Source: Methanomassiliicoccales archaeon (lineage in GTDB: Archaea > Thermoplasmatota > Thermoplasmata > Methanomassiliicoccales > UBA472). From it: DNA of 64,000 bases. Both the position numbers and the translations under genes were made by a program. The notes below the pieces were generated by a model. The model saw nothing but the letters and a program-made list of their open reading frames with translations. It did no database searches and was not told where the DNA came from. The stretch is taken from NCBI GenBank assembly GCA_040768245.1, contig JAXGNA010000005.1, positions 36,716 through 100,715 on the forward strand, in the 5' to 3' direction. This document shows, one piece after another, positions 34,960-44,828 of this stretch (position 1 is the stretch's first letter; the number at the start of each line of letters is the position of its first letter).

Positions 34960-35951
34960 TGCTCATGGACCATCAAGAGAGAACCAAAGAGATGATCAAG
35001 GAGGTCGACCGCGCTTTGATGAAGTACGTGGAGCGCGGCAAGCACGAGAAGCTGATCCGGGCCATGCGCCATTACCCGGAAGCGGGCGGAAAACGCATGA
35101 GGCCGGTAATGGCCATGCTGGTGGCCGAGGCGGTGGGCAAGCGCGGAAAGGAAGCGCTGTCCTTCGGATGCTCCCTCGAGCTGATACACAACTTCACGCT
35201 GGTGCACGACGATGTCATCGACAAGGACCCGGTGCGGCGAGGCCGCCCGGCGGTGCATATCGCCTTCGACGAACCGACGGCCATAATAGCCGGCGACGCT
35301 CTCTTCGCCATCGCCTACGATGTGCTGGCAACTACGGACGTGGACGGCGAGCGCCTGAGAAGGCTGCTGCACACCGTCTCCGACACCGTGTTCCTGGTGG
35401 CCGAGGGGCAGCAGATGGACGTGGACAACGAGGACCGTCCCTCGGTATCCAGGGAGGAGTACCTGGACATGGTGGAGAAGAAGACCGCGGTGCTCTTCGC
35501 CTGCGCTGCTGAAGGTGGAGCGATAATCGGCCACGGGACGGAGAGGCAGATCGCCGACATGAAGGAGTATGCGAGACTCCTAGGCATAGGATTCCAGATC
35601 TGGGACGATGTTCTCGGGATCAAGGGCGACACCAAGAAGGTCGGCAAGCCGGTCGGCTCCGACATTCGGAACGGCAAGCGCACCCTGATCGTGCTGGACG
35701 CCCTGGAGAAGCTGGAGAAGGACAAACGCAGGCATGTGCTGACGGACGCCCTGGGCAATGAGACGGCCAGTGATGAGCAGGTCAAGGCGGCCATCAAACT
35801 GCTGGATGACCTCGGCTCGATCGAACGCGCCCGCCAGTTCGCCCTGGATTACGCGAAACGGGCCAAGGACCTGCTCTCCTGCCTCAGGGAATCGGAAGAG
35901 AAGGAGATGCTGCGGGAGCTGGTCGATTACGCGGTGGGGCGGGAGCTCTGA
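34959..35951 (+). CDS. idsA: Polyprenyl (geranylgeranyl) diphosphate synthase
   Basis: First Asp-rich motif LVHDDVIDKD and second FQIWDDVLG. The start overlaps the fni stop. Confidence 0.85.
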   Translation: MLMDHQERTKEMIKEVDRALMKYVERGKHEKLIRAMRHYPEAGGKRMRPVMAMLVAEAVGKRGKEALSFGCSLELIHNFTLVHDDVIDKDPVRRGRPAVHIAFDEPTAIIAGDALFAIAYDVLATTDVDGERLRRLLHTVSDTVFLVAEGQQMDVDNEDRPSVSREEYLDMVEKKTAVLFACAAEGGAIIGHGTERQIADMKEYARLLGIGFQIWDDVLGIKGDTKKVGKPVGSDIRNGKRTLIVLDALEKLEKDKRRHVLTDALGNETASDEQVKAAIKLLDDLGSIERARQFALDYAKRAKDLLSCLRESEEKEMLRELVDYAVGREL

Positions 35952-36637
35952 GGCTCCGCCTCTATGCCCTTGTCGGTCAGATAGAAGACACCGAACCGGC
36001 CCTCGGCCAGATGGCGGTGCTTCATCAGCACCGCCCGGCGCTTGCTGGGGGCCAGCCTTTCCACTTTTATTATCGTCTTGGCGTTGTGATGCAGCACGTT
36101 CCCGCCCAAGGCCTCGAAGGCGCCCGTTTCAACGTCAGTGTATACCTGGGAGGTCACCACCACCGGGAGGTTGAGCTTCCTGGCCGCGGTCAGAAGTTTG
36201 GCGCTCTGCCCGGCTAGCACTCGGCGTTCCGCCCTCTCATCATCCTTGCTGGCCAGCCGATAGAACATGGTCATGGAGTCGACCACGATCAGCCCGACGT
36301 CCGGGTTCCCCTCGGCCAGTTTTATCGCTTTTCCGATCATGCGGTCCTGGTCCTCCAGACTGTGCACCTCGCTGACCAGCACCTCCTTGAGCACCTTCTC
36401 CTGGTCCTCCCCGGCGATCATGCGCAGCCTGAGCAGCGAGACACCCTCCGAATCCACATACACGGTCTTGCGGCCCTCGAGGGCCAGGTTCTTCGCCAAC
36501 GTCAAACAAAGATTGGTCTTGCCGGTCCCCGCCTCCCCGTAGATCAGGGTGAGGCATCCGCTCTCTATGCCCCCGGACATCATCTCGTCCAAGGGCCGGC
36601 AGTTGAAGGGGACCAGCTTGAGCTCTTCCAAGTTCAC
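35927..36637 (-). CDS. radB: DNA repair and recombination protein RadB
   Basis: Walker A LIYGEAGTGKTN, Walker B LIVVDS, about 236 aa with no HhH N-domain. GTG start at 36637 forms GTGA with the upstream gene's stop. The 299-aa track ORF has a spurious Gly/Arg-rich extension. Confidence 0.8.
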   Translation of the reverse strand: MNLEELKLVPFNCRPLDEMMSGGIESGCLTLIYGEAGTGKTNLCLTLAKNLALEGRKTVYVDSEGVSLLRLRMIAGEDQEKVLKEVLVSEVHSLEDQDRMIGKAIKLAEGNPDVGLIVVDSMTMFYRLASKDDERAERRVLAGQSAKLLTAARKLNLPVVVTSQVYTDVETGAFEALGGNVLHHNAKTIIKVERLAPSKRRAVLMKHRHLAEGRFGVFYLTDKGIEAEPQSSRPTA

Positions 36638-36888
36638 TTCCTCTCCTGGTCCTTGGGGTCCTTGATCTGCTCCAGGGTGTACGATCCAGGCTGGGAGTCC
36701 CGACCACGCTTGGCGAAGTAGTACGGAATGACCGCCAGCCCGCCCAATATGGCGACCAGGGCCAGGATGAGGAAGGCCGCGGCCACCAGAACGATGATGG
36801 CCGCCAGCACCCACTCCAGATACCACACGGCCAGCAGGGCCACGGCTATCACCGCTATTGTCAGCAGCGCCACGATGGTGGCGTCCAT
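36634..36888 (-). CDS. Small two-TM membrane protein
   Basis: 84 aa. IVALLTIAVIAVALLAVWYL and AAIIVLVAAAFLILALVAILGGLAVI, followed by a charged tail. Confidence 0.5.
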   Translation of the reverse strand: MDATIVALLTIAVIAVALLAVWYLEWVLAAIIVLVAAAFLILALVAILGGLAVIPYYFAKRGRDSQPGSYTLEQIKDPKDQERK

Positions 36889-36904
36889 GGCCTTGGACGT
36901 TCGC

Positions 36905-37582
36905 TCACCCCCGGTTGGGCAGATACGGAACTAGGGAATTGGCCAGCTTGGACATGGTCATGGACTGCAGCACGATGCGTCCCGGTCCCGTCAGGGTGGT
37001 CACGAACAGCCCCTCGCCCCCGAACAGCGCGGTCTTGATGCCCAGGCTCTGGATGTCATACGATACGCTGGACTCCCAGGCCGCGACGTTGGCGGTGGAG
37101 ACCTTCATGACCTGCCCCGGGAGCAGGTTGTACTCGATGAAGTCGCCAGAACCGGAGATGAACACGGTGCCCTCGCCCTGCACCTTCTGAAGCACCAGTC
37201 CCTCGCCTCCGAAGAGCGCCGCCCCGAACTTTCTCTGGAAGGCGATGTCCAGGTTGACCTGGGCCTCCGCGGCCAGGAACGCCGTCTTCTGCAATATCCA
37301 CTGCCTTCCGCCCCGCAGGTCGATGGCCATGACCTTCCCGGGCACGTTGCCGCCGAAGCCCACCAGCCCCGGTCCGCCGTCAGCGTAGAAGTTGGTGACG
37401 AAGAAGGATTCCCCGGACACCGCTCTCTTCAGACCGCCCATGATGCCCCCGGCGGCCTTGGTCTCCAGGCGGACGTTGCCGCTCATGTAGATCATGCTGC
37501 CCGCCTCGGAATAGATCATCTCCCCCGGCATGAACTCGACGTTCACGAACTGCAGGTTATCCCCAGTGATGCTGTACTTCAT
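36905..37582 (-). CDS. AIM24/TIGR00266-family protein
   Basis: MKYSITGDNLQFVNVEFMPGEMIYSEAGSMIYMSGNV...GESFFVTNF...GGEGLVLQKVQGEGTVFISG is the typical AIM24 (DUF124) pattern. Start moved to the internal Met at 37582. Confidence 0.7.
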   Translation of the reverse strand: MKYSITGDNLQFVNVEFMPGEMIYSEAGSMIYMSGNVRLETKAAGGIMGGLKRAVSGESFFVTNFYADGGPGLVGFGGNVPGKVMAIDLRGGRQWILQKTAFLAAEAQVNLDIAFQRKFGAALFGGEGLVLQKVQGEGTVFISGSGDFIEYNLLPGQVMKVSTANVAAWESSVSYDIQSLGIKTALFGGEGLFVTTLTGPGRIVLQSMTMSKLANSLVPYLPNRG

Positions 37583-37696
37583 CGTATCACTGCTGATGGT
37601 TACGTGTTTGATGATATTTCCACTTATTCGGTATGCCCGTGGACGTAGGTTCACCGTAACGGTAACCGCCTACCTAGACGACGGTGATGGAAGCGC

Positions 37697-39394
37697 ATGA
37701 ACATTGACATGGACCTCTTCCCGTTTCCCTCCGCTCGACGGGGACAGGCCGATCTGCTGCGCGACGCGCGGGAGTGCGCCACGGCTGGAAAAGTTCTCGT
37801 GGCCCACGCCCCCACCGGACTGGGGAAGACCGCGGTGGCCCTGACGGCCTCCCTGGAGGCCTCCCTGGCCGACGGCGGGAGGACGGTCTTCCTCACTCCT
37901 AGGCAATCGCAGCACCGGGCGGTGATCGAGACGGTGAAGATGATGCCCAGGAACATTGCGACCGTAGACCTGCTTTCCCGGGAGAGCATGTGCCCCCACG
38001 GTTCCCGGTCCCCCTGCCTGGAGGGTAGGAACTGCCATCTTCAGGCGGACGGGAGGATCACCCAGTGCGCCAAGGAGGTCCTGACCAGGCCCATGCACGC
38101 CCAGGAGCTGGTGGCCCTGTGCCTGAGACGGGGGGCTTGTCCGTATCTCGCGGCCAAGATGGCCTCGGGCGGGGCCGACCTGGTGGTGGGGGACGTTTCC
38201 CGGGTCTTCGGGAACCTGCCTGACGTCATCCGCTTCCGCTCCTCCTCCAGGAAGCAGCATCTGGTGGCGGACGAGGCGCACAACCTTCCATCAAGGATCA
38301 TGGACGCCTTCAGCCGGGACCTGGTCCTGGAACGGTGTCCGGAGGGGCCGCTGCAGGCGGTATGGCGGGACATGCTGTCCCGGGGCCACCGGACCGTTCC
38401 GTTGGGCGAGCTGCGCTCCCTGCTGGACCGCCACGGGCTGCCGGAGCCGGAGGAGCTGGTGGACCTGGACCCCATGGTGGGAGACTGGATGCGCCTGGGC
38501 GAGGCGGCCGTTCGCGTCGCCTACCCCAACGAGGGAAGGATATCGCTGCGCTTCCTGGAACCGGACCTGGTGGCCAAGAACGTGGTCCAGGAATGCCGGG
38601 GCGCCATATTCATGAGCGGGACGCTGCACCCCCCAGAGGTGTTCGCCACCCGGATGGGATTGTCGGACGCCTTATGTCGTTCATATCCCTCGCCGTTCGA
38701 TCCCGCCAGACGCCTCGCGCTGATCGTCCCTGACGTGGGCACCCGGTTCCGTGACCGCTGCCGACGGACCACCATGGAGATGGCCTTGCGCATCGGGGAG
38801 CTCAGCGAGCCGGTCCCGGGCAACGTGATGGTGTTCCTGCCCTCGTACACCTACATGAGCGCGGTCCACCGTACCCTGAGGCGGTTGGGGCAGCGCAAGC
38901 TGCTGTTATCGGAAGGTCCGCTCATGACCAAGGCCGACCGGGACGGGCTGGCCGACCTTCTCGGCGGAGGGAGGGAGATACTGATGCTCTGCAACATCCG
39001 GGGCTCGTTCTCCGAGGGCGTGGACCTTCCGGCGGGATGCCTGTCGGCGGTGATGGTGGCCGGGCTACCGTTGACGCCCCCGAGCCTGGAGCGCAAGGAG
39101 ATGATGCTCCGCGCCTCCAGCAGGATCGGCGACAGCTACGACCTGGAGACCTACGAGACGCTGAGCCGGGTGCTGCAAGCGTGCGGTAGGGCGATCCGGA
39201 GAGAGGAGGACCGGGCGGCGGTGGTGCTGATGGACCCTAGGTACCTGGAGGGGAAGGTGCGGAGGATGCTCCCTCCGGACCTGAACTTCGCGGAGGGCGA
39301 TCCCACGGAACTGCTGAGCGAATTCTTCGGCGCCCCCCTGGAAAACGTTTGGAAGCTCCAGCAGGAGGGTGAAAGGATAATAACCGGGTATTGA
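37697..39394 (+). CDS. xpd: XPD/Rad3-family Fe-S DNA helicase
   Basis: Walker A AHAPTGLGKT, DEAH box VADEAHNL, four-Cys cluster (CPHG..C..C..CPY) between motifs I and II, C-terminal GSFSEGVDLPG and QACGRAIRREEDRAAVVLMD. Confidence 0.8.
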   Translation: MNIDMDLFPFPSARRGQADLLRDARECATAGKVLVAHAPTGLGKTAVALTASLEASLADGGRTVFLTPRQSQHRAVIETVKMMPRNIATVDLLSRESMCPHGSRSPCLEGRNCHLQADGRITQCAKEVLTRPMHAQELVALCLRRGACPYLAAKMASGGADLVVGDVSRVFGNLPDVIRFRSSSRKQHLVADEAHNLPSRIMDAFSRDLVLERCPEGPLQAVWRDMLSRGHRTVPLGELRSLLDRHGLPEPEELVDLDPMVGDWMRLGEAAVRVAYPNEGRISLRFLEPDLVAKNVVQECRGAIFMSGTLHPPEVFATRMGLSDALCRSYPSPFDPARRLALIVPDVGTRFRDRCRRTTMEMALRIGELSEPVPGNVMVFLPSYTYMSAVHRTLRRLGQRKLLLSEGPLMTKADRDGLADLLGGGREILMLCNIRGSFSEGVDLPAGCLSAVMVAGLPLTPPSLERKEMMLRASSRIGDSYDLETYETLSRVLQACGRAIRREEDRAAVVLMDPRYLEGKVRRMLPPDLNFAEGDPTELLSEFFGAPLENVWKLQQEGERIITGY

Positions 39395-39406
39395 CTTCCC
39401 TAAGGC

Positions 39407-40018
39407 GTGATCATAAGAAGAGGGGCGGAGGCGGAGATCCGCCGGGACACGTTCATGGGGCGCAGCGTCCTGGTCAAAAGCCGGGTGCCCAAGTCCTACC
39501 GCCATCCCGCGTTGGACCAGTCCCTCCGGGCCCACCGCACCAAAGTGGAGGCCAGATTGCTCCAGGAGGCCCGCTCCTGCGGAGTACCAACGCCAATAGT
39601 GTACGTTATCGACACGGTCAACGCGGAGATCTGGATGCAGGAGATCGTGGGTCCTAGGGCCAAGGACGCCCTGATGAAGGCCGGGTCGGACGAGGTCCGC
39701 GAGATATCCCAGGAGATCGGCCGGATGGTGGCCAAGCTCCATTCCCATGGCATGACCCATGGCGACCTGACGACGTCCAACATGATCCTCCGCGACGGCA
39801 GGGTGTTCTTCATCGACCTCTCGCTCGGCAGCAAGGCCGCCAGCCTGGAGGAGATGGGGGTGGACCTGCATCTGCTGCGCGAGGCGTTCCAGTCCGCCCA
39901 TTCCGACCTGATGTACGCTTATGACATCATCGCGGAGACGTACGTCCGCGAATACGCGGGCGGGAAAGAGGTCCTGGCCAAGGTGAAGGACATCGAGGAG
40001 CGGGGGCGGTACGCGTGA
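39407..40018 (+). CDS. bud32: KEOPS-complex Bud32 (RIO-type) kinase
   Basis: RGAEAEI N-lobe, KSYRHPALD...RTKVEARLL, catalytic loop HGDLTTSNMIL, FIDLSLG; about 200 aa. Confidence 0.8.
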   Translation: MIIRRGAEAEIRRDTFMGRSVLVKSRVPKSYRHPALDQSLRAHRTKVEARLLQEARSCGVPTPIVYVIDTVNAEIWMQEIVGPRAKDALMKAGSDEVREISQEIGRMVAKLHSHGMTHGDLTTSNMILRDGRVFFIDLSLGSKAASLEEMGVDLHLLREAFQSAHSDLMYAYDIIAETYVREYAGGKEVLAKVKDIEERGRYA

Positions 40019-40581
40019 AGCTCGGACTGGTCACCTCCAACAAGCACAAGCTGGAGGAGTACCGTCACGGCCTGGAGCGGCTGGGCGTGGACATCGAACT
40101 GGTCAAGGCGGACTGCGAGGAGATCCAGACCGACACGCTGCAGAAGGTGGTGCGGTCCTGCATAGAGCAGCTCAAGGACCAGGGATACCGCAACTTCATG
40201 CTGGACGACTCCGGGCTGTTCGTCCCGTCGCTGAACGGGTTCCCTGGCGTGTACTCAGCATACGTCATGGACACCATCGGCTGCCAGGGCATGCTGCGCC
40301 TCATCGACGGGTTGGACCGCGGAGCGCGCTTCGAGTGCTGCATCGGGGTCTGCTCGGACGAGCTGGGGGAGTTCTCGGTGACCGGGGTGTCCCCAGGGCG
40401 CATCATTTACGAGGAAAGGGGGAACGGCGGCTTCGGCTACGACCCCATATTCGTGCCTGACGGCGAGGAGAGGACCTTCGCCCAGATGGACATGCTGTCG
40501 AAGAACCAGCATTCCCACCGGGGCAAGGCCATGGTGCTCCTGGCCGCGGAGATAAGGAGAAGGATGGGGAAACTGAAATGA
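40015..40581 (+). CDS. rdgB: Non-canonical purine NTP pyrophosphatase (RdgB/HAM1/ITPase)
   Basis: LVTSNKHKLEE, FPGVYSA, GFGYDPIF, SHRGKA motifs. Confidence 0.85.
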   Translation: MKLGLVTSNKHKLEEYRHGLERLGVDIELVKADCEEIQTDTLQKVVRSCIEQLKDQGYRNFMLDDSGLFVPSLNGFPGVYSAYVMDTIGCQGMLRLIDGLDRGARFECCIGVCSDELGEFSVTGVSPGRIIYEERGNGGFGYDPIFVPDGEERTFAQMDMLSKNQHSHRGKAMVLLAAEIRRRMGKLK

Positions 40582-41540
40582 AGATAAGAGGAAGCAACAT
40601 AGTGGTGACCGGATGCGCGGGGTTCATCGGAAGTCATTTGACGGACGCGTTGCTGGCCATGGGCAATCACGTGGTGGGCGTGGACAACCTCAGCGCCGGA
40701 CGCCAGGAGTTCCTGGAGAACTCCAGGGGATACCAGGACTTCCGGTTCGTGCAGGCCGACCTGTTGAACGATGACCTGCGGCCGATATTCAAGGGCGCGG
40801 ACGCGGTGATGCACCTGGCCGCCAATCCTGATGTGCGTTCCGGGGCCAAGGACACACTGTCGCACTATAAGCAGAACATCGAGGTCACCTACAAGGTGCT
40901 GGAGGCCATGAAAGAGACCGGGGTGAAGGACATCCTTTTCCCGTCGACCTCCACCGTCTATGGCGAGACCACGGTCATCCCGACCCCGGAGGAGTACGGC
41001 CCATTGGTGCCCATCTCCGTCTACGGGGCGACGAAGCTTGCCTGCGAGGCGCTGATCTGCTCCTACGCCCATTCCTTCGATATGGGCGCGGTGATCTTCA
41101 GGTTCGCCAACGTGGTGGGGACCAGGAGCACTCACAACGTCCTGCACGACTTCATAAAGAAGCTGAGGGCCGACCCCGGCCGGCTGGAGATACTCGGCTC
41201 CGAACCGGGCACCACCAAATCGTACGTGCACGTGGAGGATTGCGTGCGCGGCATGATCATCGGCGCGGAGTACGCCAGGAACAAGGTCGAGATCTTCAAC
41301 CTTGGCTCGAACGACCGCATGTCGGTGAAGGATATCGCCGACACGGTGGTCGAGGTCATGGGGCTGCGCGGAGTGCGTTACGAGTGGACCGGCGGCGTCC
41401 AGGGCGGACGAGGCTGGATCGGGGACGTGAGGAACATGCTGCTCTCCTCGGACAAGCTGCGCTCCTACGGCTGGGAGCCGACCATGAACAGCTCGCAGTC
41501 CATCAAGAAGGCGGTGCGGGAGATAGTTCAGAGCGCTTAG
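40578..41540 (+). CDS. NAD-dependent sugar epimerase/dehydratase (SDR family)
   Basis: VVTGCAGFIGSH Rossmann motif and catalytic YGATK. Ends with TAG. Confidence 0.85.
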   Translation: MKIRGSNIVVTGCAGFIGSHLTDALLAMGNHVVGVDNLSAGRQEFLENSRGYQDFRFVQADLLNDDLRPIFKGADAVMHLAANPDVRSGAKDTLSHYKQNIEVTYKVLEAMKETGVKDILFPSTSTVYGETTVIPTPEEYGPLVPISVYGATKLACEALICSYAHSFDMGAVIFRFANVVGTRSTHNVLHDFIKKLRADPGRLEILGSEPGTTKSYVHVEDCVRGMIIGAEYARNKVEIFNLGSNDRMSVKDIADTVVEVMGLRGVRYEWTGGVQGGRGWIGDVRNMLLSSDKLRSYGWEPTMNSSQSIKKAVREIVQSA

Positions 41541-42673
41541 AACAGCAGGAAGACCGTCTCCCCGGTGACATCGATCAGCCTTATCCAATCGCCATCGTCG
41601 AAGTTCCAGTTCACCCCGCCGGTATCGCCGACAGGGGACGTGGCGGCGGGATAGCCGCCGACGTACGGTATGCCATTGGTATCGATGACCAGCCAGTAAC
41701 CTAGACCATCCACCGTGTAATGCACCGGCACCGGGTTCCCGTAATAGGTCTGGATGGCAGCTACGACGTCACCGATGGCCGAGGCGTTCCCCACGTACAC
41801 CGTCGGGAAGGCGTGCCCGGCGATGAGGTTCACCCGGCAGGTCCCGCCCAGCTCGGTGATCAGGGAGACCAGAAGAAGGGAGTGGTCCTCGCAGTCCCCG
41901 GAACCTAGGGCGATGGTCTCGGAAGGGGATTGCCAATGGTTGTCCTCGTCCTCGGCGTACGCTATCCTCTGGCTGACCAGCTCGTACGCCTCTATCACCT
42001 GCAATAGACTGTAGTTCCCGGGAACGGCGGATCGCACCTCGTCGGCCAGCGATCCAACGACCTCCAGGTCGATCAGCTCGTTCACCTTGTTGTAGTAATT
42101 CACGGGATTCCTTTCCACGTCCCATTCCCGCAGGGCATCCTCGTCGACCACATCTAATTCGATCGTGCCGACGGATATCTCGCCCTGGTCGTCCCACAGC
42201 TCGCCGTCCGACGAGGATGTCCATATCTCGGCCCATACCTCCAGGGTGGCCGGTCCGGCCTTCCCCGGCCCGGCGAAATAGAGCTTGCCCAGCTCCTCCA
42301 GGCCACCGGAGGATACCAGGCGGGAGCAGTTCACCTGGAACCGTTCATCTCCACCTTCCCAGACCGCGTAGTAATGGTGCACATAGACCTCGTTGTTCCC
42401 ATCGTTGACTAGTTCCAGCTCCAGTACACCTCCGAAGGTAGTGTAAACCGTGAGAACGTAGCTGACCGCGGACTGTATCTGCATGGGATAGTTCATCCCG
42501 CTGAGCGGTCCCGGGTATTCCTCGTTCCGGACGATGTCGTTGATGAAAGGGGCGTTGAGATCGCCCTCATCGAACCCGGAAGCGGTCTGGACGAAGCCTT
42601 GGAAGATAAAAATGGCCAAGAGCATGACGACCACCGCTGCCGCCAGCGCGATGGCCGTCCAGGTCTTCTTCAT
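41537..42673 (-). CDS. Membrane-anchored transglutaminase-like (papain-fold) protein
   Basis: N-terminal anchor MKKTWTAIALAAAVVVMLLAIFIF and transglutaminase core GSGDCEDHSLLLVSLI with downstream His/Asp. Start moved to the internal Met at 42673. Confidence 0.7.
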   Translation of the reverse strand: MKKTWTAIALAAAVVVMLLAIFIFQGFVQTASGFDEGDLNAPFINDIVRNEEYPGPLSGMNYPMQIQSAVSYVLTVYTTFGGVLELELVNDGNNEVYVHHYYAVWEGGDERFQVNCSRLVSSGGLEELGKLYFAGPGKAGPATLEVWAEIWTSSSDGELWDDQGEISVGTIELDVVDEDALREWDVERNPVNYYNKVNELIDLEVVGSLADEVRSAVPGNYSLLQVIEAYELVSQRIAYAEDEDNHWQSPSETIALGSGDCEDHSLLLVSLITELGGTCRVNLIAGHAFPTVYVGNASAIGDVVAAIQTYYGNPVPVHYTVDGLGYWLVIDTNGIPYVGGYPAATSPVGDTGGVNWNFDDGDWIRLIDVTGETVFLLF

Positions 42674-42755
42674 GGACGGTGTTTGACCTTGGTGATTATT
42701 TATTCCTTGCCAGGTCAGCAACTATTTATTACCGGACATTCCATCCCGCCGCCGA

Positions 42756-42830
42756 GGGGCCGTGGGGTAGCTTGGTCCATCCTTCGGGCTTTGGGAGCCT
42801 GAGACTCCGATTCAAATTCGGACGGCCTCA
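42756..42830 (+). tRNA. tRNA-Pro (anticodon UGG), no encoded CCA
   Basis: Acceptor GGGGCCG/CGGCCTC, D loop with A14, G18G19 and A21, anticodon stem CGGGC/GCCTG with loop TTTGGGA (TGG at 42792-42794, G37), T arm TCCGA-TTCAAAT-TCGGA, discriminator A. Confidence 0.9.
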
Positions 42831-42913
42831 CTCATTCCTATTATAATTGTTCATTTTTATTGGTACCAAAATTCATCAAATTGGATACTTTTATATCCCC
42901 GAAATGAAAAGCG

Positions 42914-44287
42914 ATGACGATGAACGGATCGACGGACCGCACCCTGACCAAGGCGCTGATGGAGAGGCCGGAGGACATCGCCGAGCTGTTCAGCTCGGCC
43001 TCCAACCCGGCGAGGGTGAAGATGTTGGCCATGCTCACCTGCGGCGAGCAGGGACTGACGGACCTGATGCGTGCTGCCGGCCTATCCAAGAACGCGGCGG
43101 TGAACCATCTGACCAAGCTCATGGGGATGGGCATGGTAAAACGGGTCAGCCGGGGGCGGTACGCCCTGACCGAGGACGGGCGGGGGCTGATATTGACCGG
43201 CACCCGCCTGTACATGGACTCCAACCAGCGCGGGGAGATGGAGAGGGAGCGGCTGCGCCAGCTGTACATAAGGGGGAGAGAGGAGGGACTGGAGATGGAA
43301 CGGAAGACCGTGGCAAGCAAGGGCAGCTACATGTGCTGCTGGATATCATTCAACGGGGCGGTGGGCGGGGCCCTCCGGGCCCTGGGCGTGGAGTGCGACC
43401 TGGTGGACGTGTCCGGAAGGACCGGTTACGCCTTCCTTTTAAACGTGCCCAAGGGCAGGATGTGCCCGTCGGCGCCGACCGCCCTGGAAGATTCTGTGTA
43501 CCGGGAGATGGTCAAGGGCGCGTGCGAGCTGGGAGCGGAAGGACGCCTGTGGACGGAGCCTGGCGGCTACATGGGGAACGAAGACCCTTCTGAAACGGAC
43601 AAGGAACGCGCCAGACGGTTGTTCGAGCGGGTGCGACAGGAGATCGACACCTTGGGCCGGCCGGTGGTGCTTTGGGGATTGCCGATCCCGGAGTTCGGGA
43701 TTGTGAACGGCTACGAGGGAACGAGGTACGTGGCCAGCACCTACCGCTCCATGGATACCCCGGAGAAGGAGGAGCTGGTGGAGGCGGAGGCCATCCAGGC
43801 CCCAGGCTGCCTCATGACGGTATCTTTCGCTCCCGGGCACGATAAAGAGGGAAGATGGCTGGCCCGGGCGGTGGAGATGGCCTCCGGCACGGTCGAGGTG
43901 TGCCAGGGATACCTGGCCGGTCCGAAGGCCGCCCAGGAATGGTCGGAATGCTTGCTCAAGGCCGATGACGGCGAGTACATAGGCAACTCCTATACGGCCG
44001 CTTGCTGGTCCGAGGGCAGGTCCAACGCCGGGGTGTTCCTGCGGCGGATGGCCAGGAAGCAGCGCGGCCGGGTCAACCGGGAACTGCTGGAGGCGGCCGG
44101 CGCGTACGCCAAGGGGGCGCAGGTGATGGAGGAGTACGTCGGACTGTTCCCCTTCAATTTCCAGGGAAGGATCGGCGACCAGGCCAGGGAAAGGGGGTCG
44201 GCGCTGCTCATGGAGCTGAAGGGATACGAGGAGGATGCGGTCCTGCATATGAAGGAAGCGCTCCTCCACTGGCCCCGGGAAGGATGA
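42914..44287 (+). CDS. ArsR-type wHTH fused to a large uncharacterised (possibly BtrH-N/papain-like) domain
   Basis: N-terminus FSSASNPARVKMLAMLTCGEQGLTDLMRAAGLSKNAAVNHLTKLMGMGMVKRV. C-terminal 330 aa begin MCCWISFNGAVGGALRALGVECDLVDVSGRTGYAFLL. The domain guess is low confidence. Confidence 0.6.
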   Translation: MTMNGSTDRTLTKALMERPEDIAELFSSASNPARVKMLAMLTCGEQGLTDLMRAAGLSKNAAVNHLTKLMGMGMVKRVSRGRYALTEDGRGLILTGTRLYMDSNQRGEMERERLRQLYIRGREEGLEMERKTVASKGSYMCCWISFNGAVGGALRALGVECDLVDVSGRTGYAFLLNVPKGRMCPSAPTALEDSVYREMVKGACELGAEGRLWTEPGGYMGNEDPSETDKERARRLFERVRQEIDTLGRPVVLWGLPIPEFGIVNGYEGTRYVASTYRSMDTPEKEELVEAEAIQAPGCLMTVSFAPGHDKEGRWLARAVEMASGTVEVCQGYLAGPKAAQEWSECLLKADDGEYIGNSYTAACWSEGRSNAGVFLRRMARKQRGRVNRELLEAAGAYAKGAQVMEEYVGLFPFNFQGRIGDQARERGSALLMELKGYEEDAVLHMKEALLHWPREG

Positions 44288-44324
44288 GCAACCTATTATA
44301 ATCAGTTCCAACCCTTCATCTCCC

Positions 44325-44828
44325 GTGACCGAGGACCTGGTTGGAAAGGCCTTTCCAGATTGGACGTTGAGGAACGAGCTTGGCCAGGAGGTGCGCCTCA
44401 GCGAGGAGTGGTCCAAGGGCACCGTCCTCCTGCTGGTGTTCTCCTCGGCCTTTGGGTTCGTATGCAACCTGGAGATGCTCACCTTCACTGCCATGAGGAA
44501 GGCCTTCGCCGAGGCCAACTGTCAGATCTTCGGCGTCAGCAACGACACCCGAAGGTCCCTGGGCGCCTACAGCGAGAACCTCAAGATCGGGTTCCACCTG
44601 CTCAGCGACGAGGGCGCCAGATTGGCCAGGAGCTTCAACGCCATGGAGCCGGACGACGGGCCGTGGCCGGGGTTCCCCAAACGCTCCGAGTTCATGATCG
44701 ACCGTAAGGGCAACCTCCGCTACGTCCACATCCCCCCGGACTCCAACTGGGAGCCGGATTATGACGAGATTTTGGCCGCGGCCCGGATGCTGGCCAGGGA
44801 ATATGAGGAAGAGGACCGGAGGAAGTGA
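44325..44828 (+). CDS. Peroxiredoxin/thioredoxin-fold protein with atypical active site
   Basis: FPDWTLRNELGQEVRLSE...VLLLVFSSAFGFVCNLEM. Prx-like layout, but the PxxxT/SxxC context is degenerate. Confidence 0.6.
   Translation: MTEDLVGKAFPDWTLRNELGQEVRLSEEWSKGTVLLLVFSSAFGFVCNLEMLTFTAMRKAFAEANCQIFGVSNDTRRSLGAYSENLKIGFHLLSDEGARLARSFNAMEPDDGPWPGFPKRSEFMIDRKGNLRYVHIPPDSNWEPDYDEILAAARMLAREYEEEDRRK

Noticed and set aside
34236-35534. 432-aa ORF antisense to fni and idsA. Similar long antisense or alternate-frame ORFs occur at 40437-41588, 43439-44518, 56666-57832, 28289-29539, 5112-6098, 5449-6414, 39065-39901, 46142-47014 and 21374-22048
   Set aside because: All lie opposite or out of frame to genes with strong motif support and have Arg/Gly/Pro/His-rich composition without motifs. 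Such shadow ORFs are expected in about 60% GC DNA.
33134-35951. The IPK / type-2 IDI / GGPP synthase operon, and the DGGGPS / GGGPS pair at 59358-60910, considered as something unusual
   Set aside because: These are standard archaeal isoprenoid-lipid genes with ordinary overlapping start/stop coupling; nothing is anomalous in the sequence.
42599-42802. 67-aa ORF overlapping tRNA-Pro
   Set aside because: Its 3' half is the tRNA itself and its 5' half is antisense to the transglutaminase-like gene start.
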